Position numbers and translations under genes: made by a program
Assembly (NCBI GenBank): GCA_965205505.1
Contig: CBDBHB010000009.1
Location: 2,400,001 to 2,464,000, forward strand
Reading direction: 5' to 3'
DNA: 64,000 nt
DNA from: Acidobacteriota bacterium
Lineage (GTDB): Bacteria; Acidobacteriota; UBA890; WLXD01
Part shown: positions 63,311 through 64,000 of the stretch, in pieces
Numbering within the stretch: position 1 is the first letter of the stretch
How the letters are laid out: every line of letters starts with the position of its first letter
The notes under the pieces: generated by a model
The model's database searches: none
Seen by the model: the letters and a program-made list of their open reading frames with translations, nothing else
What the model was told of the DNA's origin: nothing

Positions 63311-64000
63311 ATGGCGGACCTTCCCGTGCTTCAAGGTGAACCTGAGGGGTGCGCTCCGGGATCTCTGACGCGCCGCGCAAAGCCTGACTGGCTGAGAGTT
63401 CGCGCACCCGGCGGCGAGCGTTACACCTTCATCAAAAAGACGCTTCGCGACCGCGGCCTCTTCACGGTTTGCGAGGAGGCACGCTGCCCGAACGTCGGCG
63501 AGTGTTGGTCGGGCGGTACGGCCACCTTCATGCTGCTCGGGGGGATTTGCACACGTGGCTGCCGCTTCTGCGCGGTGACCACCGGTAACCCTGGTGGCCG
63601 CGTGGATGGCCAGGAGCCTCGCAAGCTCGCCGAGTCGGTAGCGTTGCTCAAGTTTCGCTATGTCGTGTTGACCATGGTCGATCGCGACGATCTCAGCGAC
63701 GGTGGGGCAGGCCACGTTGCTGCCTGTATCGAGCAGTTGAAGCGTCGCCAACCGGAATTGATCCTCGAAGCACTTGTCGGTGACTTCAACGGCGACGTCG
63801 AGGCCGTCGACACCCTGTGCGATACTGGTTTGGAGGTCTTCGCGCACAACCTCGAGACGGTTGAGGAGATGCAACGCACGGTGCGTGATGCCCGGTGTGG
63901 TTACGACAAATCGCTAGCCATTCTCGAACACGCCAAGCGCCATCCGCGGCAGCTATTCACCAAGTCGTCGCTGATGCTCGGCCTGGGCGAAAGCGATGCG
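63311..64000 (+). CDS. lipA: Lipoyl synthase, truncated by the window edge
   Basis: Manual translation: KPDWLR, TVCEEARCPNVGECW, CTRGCRFC and HNLETV motifs. Confidence 0.96.
   Translation, partial: MADLPVLQGEPEGCAPGSLTRRAKPDWLRVRAPGGERYTFIKKTLRDRGLFTVCEEARCPNVGECWSGGTATFMLLGGICTRGCRFCAVTTGNPGGRVDGQEPRKLAESVALLKFRYVVLTMVDRDDLSDGGAGHVAACIEQLKRRQPELILEALVGDFNGDVEAVDTLCDTGLEVFAHNLETVEEMQRTVRDARCGYDKSLAILEHAKRHPRQLFTKSSLMLGLGESDA

Overview
GC-rich bacterial chromosomal window, probably Acidobacteriota (inferred from the GWxTD, VWA/Ig, Oar-type TonB receptor and TPR-FG-GAP-UnbV proteins). Most genes are housekeeping: GDP-sugar SDRs, lptD, folC, accD, mtnA, tsaD, lepB, yggS/T, an ECF sigma/anti-sigma operon, rqcH, gap-pgk-tpiA-secG-tRNA-Leu, tatA, selB, rpoD, ggt, nrdJ with tandem NrdR boxes, thyA-folA and lipA. 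The main unexplained structure is intergenic: two families of non-autonomous, CTAG/TA-bounded miniature palindromic elements occupy about a dozen sites, many exactly at stop codons. Family 1 has two full copies of about 279 bp with the same architecture but different, self-paired 34-bp ends. Family 2 is about 112 bp. No transposase gene is in the window. Also notable: a nucleoside-scavenging cluster with a TonB receptor, a lipoprotein deaminase and a DeoC carrying microcompartment-like targeting segments; two genes that seem to need ATC or CTG starts; a 3-hydroxyacyl-CoA dehydrogenase relic fused to envC; and a frameshifted, zinc-less matrixin-like gene. All alignments and protein family calls were made by eye.
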